This document shows positions 37,561 through 48,650 of a stretch of 64,000 nucleotides of DNA, piece by piece. The translations under genes were made by a program, and so were the position numbers. A model generated the notes under the pieces. It made no database searches. It saw only the letters and a program-made list of their open reading frames with translations, and was not told the DNA's origin. Each line of letters opens with the position of its first letter. Position 1 is the stretch's first letter. Origin of the DNA: Octopus sinensis (lineage: Eukaryota); NCBI RefSeq assembly GCF_006345805.1, contig NC_042999.1:132866001-132930000 (forward strand), given 5' to 3'.

Positions 37561-37577
37561 ATATATATTATATAGAT

Positions 37578-38060
37578 ATATTAGTGAATTGAAGAAATGG
37601 CGTTGAACAAAGATTGAACAGAATCGTTTTATTTCATTCTACACGTGTTTCGAAAGGCACAATTTACCAAATTCCGATTGAATAATGAGACCATATTGTG
37701 TCTTTCTTCTTCAGGAAGAAATAGGCAATCCGTTGGAAAAAACAAAAACAGAACAGAGGCGGAGCAAAACAAATCGACCTAGGCTCCTAAGAGCCCATGG
37801 CCAAACTCAATCGGAATTTGGTAAATTGTGCTTTCGAAACACGTGTAGAATGAAATAAAACGATTTCTGTTCAATCTTCGTTCACTCCATTTCTTCAATT
37901 CACTAATAATATTAAATTCAATTATTCGCACCAACGCACGGTTGCAACCCATATGGTTGTACCTCCAACCGTGCTGTCCTTCTGCCTGTGATTTTGCTAC
38001 CAAGATATCGGTTAAACTTTTGATTAATCTGCAACAAGATTATTCATCTTCTATTTCACA
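37578..38060. mobile_element. Non-autonomous PLE-type fold-back element with HHR
   Basis: Homologous to 62408-63063. Confidence 0.85.
37637..37717 (-). ncRNA. Type I hammerhead ribozyme, intact core
   Basis: UUC-CUGAAGA-A-GAAAGACACAAU...AUUGUGCCUUUC-GAAAC-ACGU-GUA-GAA. Confidence 0.8.
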
Positions 38061-38320
38061 TATATATATATTATATATATATATATATTATAATATATAT
38101 ATATATATAAACACACGAGCTTTCTTCCAGTTTCTGTCTGCAAAATCCATTCGCACGGTTTTGGACGGCCCGAGGCTATAGAATGAGGCACTTTCCCGAA
38201 ATGGTACATAAATCGACTGAACCTGGAACCGTGTGTTTGGGAAGCAAGCTTCTTCCCACACGGCCTCACCTGCGCCTATGTAAGCCTTTTTTCTCAAATA
38301 AATTACACTTCATATTCTCG

Positions 38321-38399
38321 GCTCTGATGAAACTATAGGATGTTATTCAGGCACTTAACTAACAGTCCCCTGCATCCTATAGCAGAAACCGCTATAAGC
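38321..38399 (+). ncRNA. Hammerhead-like motif, helix III damaged
   Basis: GCU-CUGAUGA-AA-CUAUAGGAUG...CAUCCUAUAG-CA-GAAAC-CGCU-AUA-AGC. Confidence 0.55.
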
Positions 38400-38449
38400 A
38401 AATAAAGTTCAAACCATAACCATTGTTTTTCTTGTGTCATCTCTTTTTC

Positions 38450-38479
<30 letters not shown>

Positions 38480-38488
<9 letters not shown>

Positions 38489-38650
38489 GGTTCCGGGTTG
38501 AGTCGGGGTTAACCACAGTAAATAAGGTACTCAATACATGGCAGAGTAAATTAATTTATTTTATAGAAGGAGCTTCTACAGGACTAGAACTGTTTCATTC
38601 AACTGATGATTTCATTTGAATGAAACAGTTCTAGTCCTGTAGAAGCTCCT
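38480..38650. mobile_element. Small fold-back (perfect 35-bp arms) plus tail in (TA)n, containing a partial HHR
   Basis: 38568-38602 / 38616-38650; CUGAUGA in the loop; GAAAC-AG..CU-GUA in the right arm. Confidence 0.75.
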
Positions 38651-38685
38651 ATATATATATATATAATATATATATATGTGTGTGT

Positions 38686-38734
<49 letters not shown>

Positions 38735-39418
38735 TGTGTCTGTGTATAGAACAGCATCAGTTATTTAAACTTTTGTACTACATTTCGACTCTTCCTAAGG
38801 CCCCCTTTATAATACCCCACCCATTGCTCCACATCTATTCCTACCCACACTCCCATGATCCTATCTGTTCTATCAGTAGCATTCTCATGTCAGTAGGTCC
38901 GTTTATCCCATTAGGGGCGGTCGGTACTGAAAATAAAACGAGAGGAAGGTGGGCTGTACTCTATACTTACCCTGTTTTTTTTTTCTTTTCAGAAGAAGAC
39001 AATATTTTCTCTTTTCCTGTTGGTATTACTTTCCGTTTTAACACGGACTAACAGCTTAGTGAATTGGCGAATAACGGTGCTTGTATTAGTCGTATAGTTT
39101 CGTTGTTGTTCTTGTTGTTGTTCTTGTTGTTGTTTGTTTTCGTTCACTGCCATGTCAGTCTGAATTACATCAAATCCACACGCACCGCCGCCGCCACCAT
39201 CACCACCACCACCACCACCAACGTCATCGTCACAAGTTAACATACTGTATAACTGCTTCCTTCTGTTTTTGTGGGGTGCTGTTTTTAGAGTTTATTTTCG
39301 TATTTGATCATCACACGGAACGTATCTGTAGAAGTGTTTACACACACACACACATACACACACATAAACACACATGCATATGGATTAAAGATAGAAATAT
39401 ATACGAATACATACAAAC

Positions 39419-39449
<31 letters not shown>

Positions 39450-39479
39450 ATATATATAATATATATATATTTAAAAAAG

Positions 39480-39710
39480 GTTAAGATAGAAAATGCTAAA
39501 AAAATTTATAAAAAAACATTTCAGTACCGGTTTCAGTCATTGAGACTTTTTCACTGTAAGTATGGAAACAATTAAATTTGGGAAAAATTAAAAGAAAAGT
39601 TTTTTTTTTAATATTTGCATAGTTTTCAAATACAAGTGGCATTTTCCATTTTTCTGTCTGTTTCTCTCTCTCTTGTTTACTCTTGTGAATTCGAAGTCGT
39701 ATATGTATAC
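39480..39710 (-). mobile_element. Solo PLE 3' end (family of 10797-12120) with HHR remnant at 39522-39556
   Basis: Aligns to 11900-12110; CAG-UGAAAA-AGUC(UCAAU)GACU-GAAACCGGUA-CUG. Confidence 0.75.
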
Positions 39711-39734
39711 ATGTTATATATACCATATATAATA

Positions 39735-39784
<50 letters not shown>

Positions 39785-39797
39785 ATGTATGTATGTA

Positions 39798-39835
<38 letters not shown>

Positions 39836-39844
39836 ATAAAAACA

Positions 39845-40177
39845 GGTAAAGACCCCCTTCGGTCATGAGTGACCATGGGATTGCACCTAGAAAGTTACCC
39901 TCCTAGACACAGTCGGGCAAGGTTGTTTATGGAAGACCAGCAGTCGCCCATGCATACCAGCCTCCCCTCTCCACGCCACCAGTGTTATCCAAGGGAAAGA
40001 CACGGTCGATACAGCTTGGCACCTGTGACGTCGCAACTCATTTCTACGAGCTGAGTGAACTGGAGCAACGTGAAATAAAGTGCCTTGCTCAAGAACACAA
40101 CACGCAGCCCGGTCCGGGATCGAGCTCACACCTCACGATCGTAAGCTCGACGCTCTAACCACTGAGCCATGCGCCTT
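39845..40177 (-). mobile_element. SINE family C, full-length
   Basis: aggcgcatggctcagtggttagagcg head; gagctcgatccc B-box-like motif. Confidence 0.9.
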
Positions 40178-40199
40178 CTGTGTGTATGTATATATACAT

Positions 40200-40615
40200 C
40201 GTTTATTTGTTTCAGTCATTAGACTGCGGCCATAGAGGAGCATCACCTTCATGAATTTTTTTATCGTACTTATCAACCCCAGTACTTATTTTTAAAAGCC
40301 TGGTACTTATTTTATCGGACTGTTTCACAAACCCGTGAAGTTACAGAGACGTAAGCACACCATCACCGGTCGTGACGCGGTTGTGGTGGAGGTGGAGGGG
40401 GGACGAACACAGACACAAAGACACACCCTTATGCGCGTGCGCACACGCAGACACACACAAACAGACACATATTTACATATATGCGACGGATTTCTTTCAG
40501 TTTCCGTCTACCAAATCCACTCACATGACTTTGGTCATTCCGTGGCTATAGTAGAAGACACTTGATAAAGATGCTACACAGTGAGACTGAACCCGGAACC
40601 ATGTGCATGCGAAGC
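40200..40615 (-). mobile_element. SINE family A, diverged
   Basis: Head, microsatellite and 3' body recognisable. Confidence 0.75.
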
Positions 40616-40619
40616 AATA

Positions 40620-41640
40620 CTTGACTGAAGATTGAAGGCTTCGAAGTCTAAAATAGCATGTTATAAAATATCCACGTTTGAAACAGAATTAGAGGAATAT
40701 TTATGAACTCATAGCTCACAAATTCTACCTCCATAAACACGTCCGTGTTTTTTGTATCGTCTTCTAAATGCTTTACGTTCTTGTCCCAGTTGGTATTTTT
40801 CTACATATAATATATATAGCGGCGTTCGTACCCTCGTTGGCCTTATGTAAGTACATATTCCTGTAAATTGGTACGACTCTACACACTGTCTCTCTCTCCT
40901 ACATTTCTCTGCCTTTCACACTTTGCACTCTACTTTGATCTGTCCCCTTCTCTCTTTCTACTTCTCCTCCTTTTCTCTTTTCTTGCCTCTGATTCCTTGG
41001 TCTACTCTTCCCCCACTCCCTCGCATTTCACTGTCTTTCTCACTTTGCATTCACAAGCCAATCCTTGGCACGCACTCTTTCTCCCCTCTTTAATTCCTTC
41101 TTTTTCCCTTTTTTCCCCCCCCCTTTGTTGCCTTCGTCCCTCTTTCTCTCTCTCTCTTTGTTTCCTTTGCCCCCTTTCTTTTCTCTCTCTTCCCTCACGT
41201 GACCGCTGGTCAAAATCAGCCTTTTGGCCTCCGACCACTGCCGTGAGAACACCGTTGTCTTCGTCTGCCGATAAAGGCATTTTTTCAAAATACGCCAGCT
41301 AAACTTGTACTGTTTATTAGTCGTAAGACACCCGCTGTTTTTGTCCTGTTTTTACCATTATTGTTTTTTGTATTTTATATTCGTGTGGCATCGTCCGTTT
41401 TTCAGTCCGTTTCGTATACATTCGATCCTTCTTCCAAGAAATCTAATGCTCATAGCTCAGTTTTTCCTTGGGGCTGGCTGGATCGGGGCGATCTCAAGAT
41501 TAATCAGTCGAAATTGCTAGGATGATCCGGTTCTTGACTGAAGATTGAAAGGCTCGAATGTCCGTCGTGTTTTTTGTATCGTCTTCTAATGTTGTTACGT
41601 CCTTGTCCCAGTTTGTATTTTCTACATATAATAGACATAT
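40620..41640 (+). mobile_element. Two related terminal-repeat remnants (40620-40815 and about 41200-41635), probably PLE-derived
   Basis: Shared ttgactgaagattgaa.ggct.cgaa...gtgttttttgtatcgtcttctaa...ttgtcccagtt.gtattttctacatataat. Confidence 0.6.
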
Positions 41641-41643
41641 ATG

Positions 41644-41727
<84 letters not shown>

Positions 41728-41839
41728 ATAATACATACATACATACAATATATATATATGCATATTAATATATATATATACATATAATATAATTATATAT
41801 ATATACATAGATATTTATATATATACATACACACATATA

Positions 41840-41875
<36 letters not shown>

Positions 41876-42072
41876 AAAAGTTAGGGGTTGTGAATCCAAC
41901 CAAGAGCTAATATCTATCCAATATATTACTGGTAGAATACCCAACTATTAATACAATAAATAAATAAATAAATAAATTAACATAACATAATATCTAAAAG
42001 TTGATGAATCACCTATTGATCACCTCCATTTTCTTATTGCTCTCTTTCTCTCTCTCCTCTCTCTCTCTCCTA

Positions 42073-42107
<35 letters not shown>

Positions 42108-43208
42108 CATACACTTTGTGTTATGGAGGTAGAATTTGTGAGCTATGAGTTCATAAATATTCCTCTAATTCTGTTTCAAACGTGGATATTTTATAACATG
42201 CTATTTTAGACTTATGGATATATACGAAAATGGGACCTTATAAAAGATGTGTATATACTCAAGTACAAAAATGTGAATAAAAATTTAATTTAATTTCATA
42301 AATTGATTTAAAATTTAAAATTCTTAAATTTTAAAAAATCATTTAAAAAATTGATATTATATTATAGGAGAATTAAAAAAGAAAAGAGTCGGGTCGGCTA
42401 GGTTGCATGCATATAGATCTATGTTTATTTGTGTGTATATAGGTTTATGGGCTTATATTCGAAAATATTTTGTGGGCATCCTGGTTGGAGGCAGGAAAAC
42501 TTTGTGATAATTACTGCAGTATATTATAGGGATGGCTTGTGGTGTAGGCGGTCAAATACTTGCATGTTTGTTAAGCAGAGATAGCGGTTGCAATAACCGA
42601 CTAAGGGATAAAATATCCGTATATTTATGTTATGCCGAGAAGCTGCAAAAGGACAGGCGGCCTCGTACCACTTATATCATAGTCTTCTCGCCCGCACCCT
42701 TTACTTATTTACTTATTTTTATTTTTTATTTACATACCCATTGAAACGGTTTTAACTTATGCCCTCGATTCAAATATAATCGACCAATTGTAGAGATCGC
42801 TGGACTTAGACCCGTCTCATTGCGGACAATAGGTGGTGTTCTCTGTAATATTTCTGTAAGTACACTATCATAAGAACCCTACGGTAATGTTTTGGACAAT
42901 CAACTAGAGTTATTTACATTAGCATAAGAAATGCCCTTTCATAGTCATGTTAGTAATTTTCTTGTATTTTTTCTTTTTTTCTTTTTGCTAATTTCTTCTC
43001 ACAGCATTTAAAACATCTTGGTTCCCCCTTTATATTGAAAAAACCCGAAATTTTTTCCCTAGACCATTGCTAGCACAGTCTTTTACCTACGGACTTCGAA
43101 GCCCTATGATGGAAGATTTTTATGTTTTCAATATATTGGTCTTCCAGACCTCTTCTCTAAGCCATGTTTTCTTTCCTATTTTCCTCTTCCTTTTGTTTAT
43201 TTTGGATG

Positions 43209-43320
43209 CCTCTGATGAAGCTCCGTGTTCTAGTTCGAATGTCCTATGAAGATGAAGAATATTATTTTCGAATTTATTTGTAGGCACTGACTGTCATCGG
43301 AAGTGGAAACGGCCGTAAGA
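43209..43320 (+). ncRNA. Candidate hammerhead ribozyme with a large helix-II insertion
   Basis: CCU-CUGAUGA-A-GCUCCG...CGGAAGU-G-GAAAC-GGCC-GUA-AGA. Confidence 0.45.
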
Positions 43321-43449
43321 ACTGTGATGTCACATAAATGTTAGGTCATGTTTCATGTTTTGCATTAGATAATAAGCTTTAGATGTGGTCTAATTGATTT
43401 GTTGCTGATCTGAGGTTTTCTCCCATTTTCTGATGATATATATATATAT

Positions 43450-43745
43450 AAATGTAATATGTGACAATATTCGTAGCCATGATAAACTCCGAGTTTTGGA
43501 TGCCGAGGTGGAAACCGCCATCTTTCAGTTATCCGGACATAAAAATATGATAGTAAGAGATAGTATTTTTCCGATGGCCGGATAACTGAAGAGATGGCAG
43601 TGTGGTTTTCTACCTCGCATCCGGAAACTCAGAGTTTTCATGGCTACCGAATAAGTGTCACATATTACATTTACAGATAATTCCTCTATTTACATATATC
43701 GAGGTCGCTTTCATTCTTTTATTGTCTTACCATTTGTATCAATAT
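43450..43745. mobile_element. Imperfect fold-back (43450-43672) plus tail in (TA)n
   Basis: aaatgtaatatgtgaca... / ...tgtcacatattacattt. Confidence 0.75.
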
Positions 43746-43750
43746 ATATA

Positions 43751-43784
<34 letters not shown>

Positions 43785-43845
43785 AATATATATATAATAT
43801 ATATATATATATGTATATATATATGTGTGTGTGTATGTATATTTA

Positions 43846-43891
<46 letters not shown>

Positions 43892-43939
43892 GGGGGGAGA
43901 GAGACGAGAGACACGAAAGAGACAGACAGACAGATAGAC

Positions 43940-44131
43940 AGATAGATCTTTTCTTTATCTTTTGTTTGTTTCAGTCATTCGAGTGCGGCCATGCTGGGGC
44001 ACCACCTTGAAAGGTTGTAACCGAACAAATCGACCCAGGAATTATATTTATAATATATATATATATATCTATATATATATATTATATACTAATACGACGG
44101 GATTCTTTCAGTGGCGTCTACGAAATCCACT
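43940..44131 (-). mobile_element. SINE family A, cut by the assembly gap
   Basis: gcggccatgctggggcaccacc. Confidence 0.75.
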
Positions 44132-44231
44132 NNNNNNNNNNNNNNNNNNNNNNNNNNNNNNNNNNNNNNNNNNNNNNNNNNNNNNNNNNNNNNNNNNNNN
44201 NNNNNNNNNNNNNNNNNNNNNNNNNNNNNNN
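44132..44231. other. Assembly gap (100 N)
   Basis: Direct read. Confidence 1.
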
Positions 44232-44510
44232 GTAGTATGGACATCCAGAGAGGGAAGAAAGACGGAAAGGAGAACAAAAATTCAGGAAAATGTGGAAAGC
44301 ATGAAATGAATGTAAAAAAGTGGTAATATAAGAGAAAATAAAAATACAACAAACGGGACAGTTTATGCGAACAAGTTCAAGGTTGAAAGTTCAAGGTGAG
44401 AAATGTGTAGACATATGTATATATATATATATGTGTGTGTATATATATATATTAAAGATTTGTAGGTACGTGGTACTTCGTTATCCAAACACTATATTCT
44501 ATAAGGTATT

Positions 44511-44623
44511 CTAAATATTTTCATTAGTCAGTACCACGTTCTATTCCGTCAGCCAGCACTCATAATAATGAAAGAGCACTGCTGTTGTAATAGAACGTGA
44601 TACTGACTTATGAAAACATTTAG
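44511..44623. repeat. Short imperfect fold-back (about 35-bp arms)
   Basis: ctaaatattttcattagtcagtaccacgttctatt / aatagaacgtgatactgacttatgaaaacatttag. Confidence 0.7.
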
Positions 44624-44644
44624 TGTACTTTATAGTATACTGTG

Positions 44645-44955
44645 TGGAGGCGCCATGGCCCAGTGGTTAGGGCAGCGAACACGCGGTCAGAGGATCGATG
44701 TTTCGATTTCCAGACCGGGCGTTGTGTGTGTTTATTGAGCGAAAACACAAAAGCTGCACGAGGCTCCGGCAAGGGATGATGGCTATCCCTGTTGTACTCT
44801 TTTGCCACAACTTTCTCTCACTCTCTCTTCCTGATTCTTGAGTAACGCTGTGATGGACTGGCGTCCCGTCCAGCGTGGTGGGGTGGGGGGACCTATACGC
44901 CACAGAAACCGGGAAACGGGGCCCATGAGCCTGGCTAGGCTTGAAAAGGACGGCG
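44645..44955 (+). mobile_element. SINE family D, full-length
   Basis: ggaggcgccatggcccagtggttagggc head; gtttcgatttcc B-box-like motif. Confidence 0.85.
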
Positions 44956-45134
44956 TGTAGTATACTTTGTTTGCATAATGAAGTATTACGTACGCACAAA
45001 TCTTTAATGTTTACATACCAGCCCCAGGAATGAGTCTAATATGTAAATTGGTATGTCTAATAACTTAACACCGATGTATGCGGTGGCTATATAAGCAATG
45101 TGTTCAGAGACGGAAGTGGGTTAGATTGGTGCTG

Positions 45135-45312
45135 AAAAAGGGGCCAGTCGGTTAGATCTACCCCAGTACGCAACTGGTACTTAATTTACCGACATCGAAA
45201 GGATGAAAGGTAAAGACGACCTCGGCGGAATTTGAAATCAGAACGTAAAGACAGACGAAATGCCGCTAAGGATTTCGCCCGGTGTGCTAAAGTTTCTGCC
45301 AGCTCGCCGCCT
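45135..45312 (-). mobile_element. SINE family B monomer
   Basis: Close to consensus. Confidence 0.85.
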
Positions 45313-45439
45313 TATACATACATTTATATTGACTGAGGAAATATGCTGGGTACGTCTTTTTGGGGAAGAGTCGTTAGGCCGTCTGACAGGAAATTCTCTC
45401 CTTTTTTATTCTGCATATCAAGGTATAGCTAAAATGGTT

Positions 45440-46480
45440 TCGTGATATTTAGATTTACATAATTTCTTCTGATTTACACTGTTATAGGCTATGTACGGTG
45501 GTGTCACAGTTGACAAGGGAAATGTGCACATATGGATGAAAAAGTTTAAAGAAAGGAAAGAAACATTGATGACAAACGCCTTTGTGGGGATCCATCAACT
45601 ACGAATGTCGGCACGAATCGCCAACGACGATATTTCGAGTTGACGAACGAGTCCCAGTCCATGAGTATGCTATACATCTAAGCTCTGGTTACAATACAAC
45701 ACGTAAGAAAGTAGAAGACTTTTGCGATCGGAACTTGCTTGAAAAGTAGGTACCATAGCAGTTGTCATCAGATTTGAAGGATACAAATCAGCTGTGATCT
45801 ATTGCAAGCGTTTGAAACCATTTATTTTTCCGATCTGATGACAGGAGATGAAACATGTTAACGAACTCAGTTCATGGAATAATGACACACTTTTCTCCCA
45901 AAGTCTAAGATGTCCAAGTGAGCCTATGATTGGCACAAAAAGTCGTGGTGACTATTTGAGGTGGTTTGGAGTTGCGTGAAAGTGGCGTCATTCTCCTTGG
46001 ATCTCTGAAACGTGGCTGTACCGTGAACAGTAAACAGTATATTGAGACACTACAACAGCTTAGAGCCATTATGAAAAAGAGGATGACCAACAATTAGAAA
46101 ATGGCCCACATTCACCATGACGATGCTTGACTACACGTATCTTTGGCAACAAATTTGGCAATCAGTAAAATCAAACTGGTCAGTGGTTTCCTTCATTCGT
46201 CGAAAGCTTGGATCTGGTGCCTTCCATCTTCCACCCGTTAGGTCCAATGAAGGATAGTCTTCGAGGAAATGATTTGGCAACACATACGTAGTGAATTTAG
46301 CTGTGAAGAAATGGGTACAACAGTGTACACCGATTTTTTTCTCAAAGAAACTTCGAGAGATGATTTGCACGAAAACACAAATGAATCGCTTGTGATGGAG
46401 ACCTTTCAATAGTACCTGAGTAGTTCCTTTCAATTAAAGAAGTGATTCTCTAGCAACATATTCAGTTTGAACGACCTATG
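45440..46480 (+). mobile_element. Old mariner (DD34D-like) relic
   Basis: MTGDET, GVILL...GCTVNSKQYIETL, IHHDDA, DLVPS.FH.LGPMK...LRG across frames; TIR-like tttgaacgacctatg end. Confidence 0.7.
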
Positions 46481-46505
46481 CCACATTTAAATTATTTTCT
46501 GTCCA

Positions 46506-46613
46506 ATGCTCATTCAAACATCCATCCATCCATCCATCCATCCCTCCCTCCATCCATCCATCCATCCATCCATCCATCCATCCATCCATCCATCCATCCA
46601 TCCATCCATCCAT

Positions 46614-46702
<89 letters not shown>

Positions 46703-46722
46703 AATCTATCTATCTATATCTT
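46506..46722. repeat. Compound (TCCA)n(TCTA)n microsatellite
   Basis: Direct read. Confidence 0.95.
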
Positions 46723-48223
46723 TTAAGTCAATAATCACAATGAGGCTACAAAATGGTATTATCTCGAGTTCTGTGTTTTAAGTATTGACAGACTTTTTAA
46801 TATAAAGACTACCAGTAATATAGACGGCTTTTGAGTACATGACGATACCTTCCTTGTTGCAGACAGAATCAGTGTGACCATGAAACTAATAATCATTTAA
46901 TGATGAGAACAACACATACCTGTAATTATTTACTTGGTTCTTGGAATAATAGGTTCGTTGGAATGATAAATCAAAATACAAGTTATGATTATACTTTTTG
47001 AAACTGAATTTTTAGGAGTAAGGCCAGAAGTTTTCCTAGTCCGAATACTTAAAGCAGAAGGGACTCTGATAAAAAGAACCAAGGGTGATCAGATTGTGTT
47101 AAACTGGGCAACAGATTTTCTCTATCCTCCCCAAACGGTTTCAGTCTCTCCGAAAGTATTCTTCACAGTTTCCATCTAATAAATTTTAAAAAGTGTTGGT
47201 CAATCCTAGGTTAATGCATAAGATATTTAATCCAGTTCCTGTGAACCTGAAACTGTTTAGTTTAGAAAAGGGCTTCTTATCGACACTACTCTCCAAAATA
47301 TCGATACGATATTAACAGTTATATCTTTTAATGGCGATTCCGGCATTTCTTTGAACAACGAGACGTATCGTTTCAAAATACGAGCCACCAGAGTTCGAAT
47401 ACATGTATTTATTTTATACTTAACAATTAAGCTTATACGGATTACACATACTGCAAAATGAGTAATCCAAAACGAGCCCCCACTGGAATCATTATGCTAC
47501 AAACACTGACTCATATTCAGCAGTCAAATAGCCTATTTCGTATTTATATTTTGAAATGCGTTAAAAATGATCTTGTGATAATTATAAGCTCCCGAGCGAG
47601 TCCTGTGCAAGTTTTTATAAACGGAGGTGTCATATGCATGTAGTATTGTATGCTTGTATGGTTTTATTTTCCATCATTTCAACCCTACTCACATATCTCA
47701 CACTTATTCACTCCTTACCTTCTCATCTCTTACTATCCCTCCCCACTCTTCTCTCATCCTCCCCTCACGGTATCTTGACAACCAACTAACACTACTTTTC
47801 TCACTTCTTTCACCCTTTCTTCACTTTATTTTCACTCTTTTCACTTTTCTCTCTCATTTTTCTTCCTCTTTTACTTCCTCTCATTTTCTCTTCCTCATTC
47901 TAAACATACACAACTTCTCCCCGCCCCAACCATCCACAAATACTACCAATACATTCTCAAAGTTTCATTCACACCACAAGACCCTTTCGAATGAGCAACA
48001 GAGAATCCATGGCTGCATACTTTGAAATGACTAAACATGAACTACTACTGGAACTTATATACAATGTACAGGAAACTTTTACCACTTCTATACATCACTT
48101 TCCTCGAATAATGGAACTGCAACTACAATATCTTTATATATTTAATATTTTACTTCTACTTTCATTCTCTTATTTCCCTCTATATTCCGTATCTCCTCCT
48201 TTTCCATAATAATTCCTTATTTC

Positions 48224-48273
48224 GGACTCCGATGAAGGGATATACATAATATCCCAGAAACAGCTGTAAGACT
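48224..48273 (+). ncRNA. Minimal type I hammerhead ribozyme, CCGAUGA core
   Basis: GGACU-CCGAUGA-A-GGGAUAU(ACAUA)AUAUCCC-A-GAAAC-AGCU-GUA-AGACU; same family as 19682-19729. Confidence 0.6.
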
Positions 48274-48346
48274 ATATCTACATCTTTTTCTTTATAAATG
48301 TCCTGTAAACTCCTCACAGCTTTGGCTTTGTTCTCTCATTTTTCTA

Positions 48347-48405
<59 letters not shown>

Positions 48406-48539
48406 TACACACACACACATATATATATGCATGCATGCAAATACAAGATCGACATGATACTCTCCACTCGTATCACTATCGAACCAAGAGTTTAACTTAG
48501 CGTTACCTGCCGCTCATTTGGTCTTCTAGATACCAATAC

Positions 48540-48578
<39 letters not shown>

Positions 48579-48593
48579 CACACACACACACAC

Positions 48594-48650
<57 letters not shown>

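Larger units (their letters stand above)
36900..38280 (-). mobile_element. SINE family A copy whose internal microsatellite hosts two fold-back insertions
   Basis: 3' half 36900-37095, head 38115-38280. Confidence 0.8.

Noticed and set aside
40620-41560. CTGAAGA...CGAA motifs as hammerheads (40624, 41538)
   Set aside because: Helix I cannot form and helix II is too short; one copy is also interrupted.
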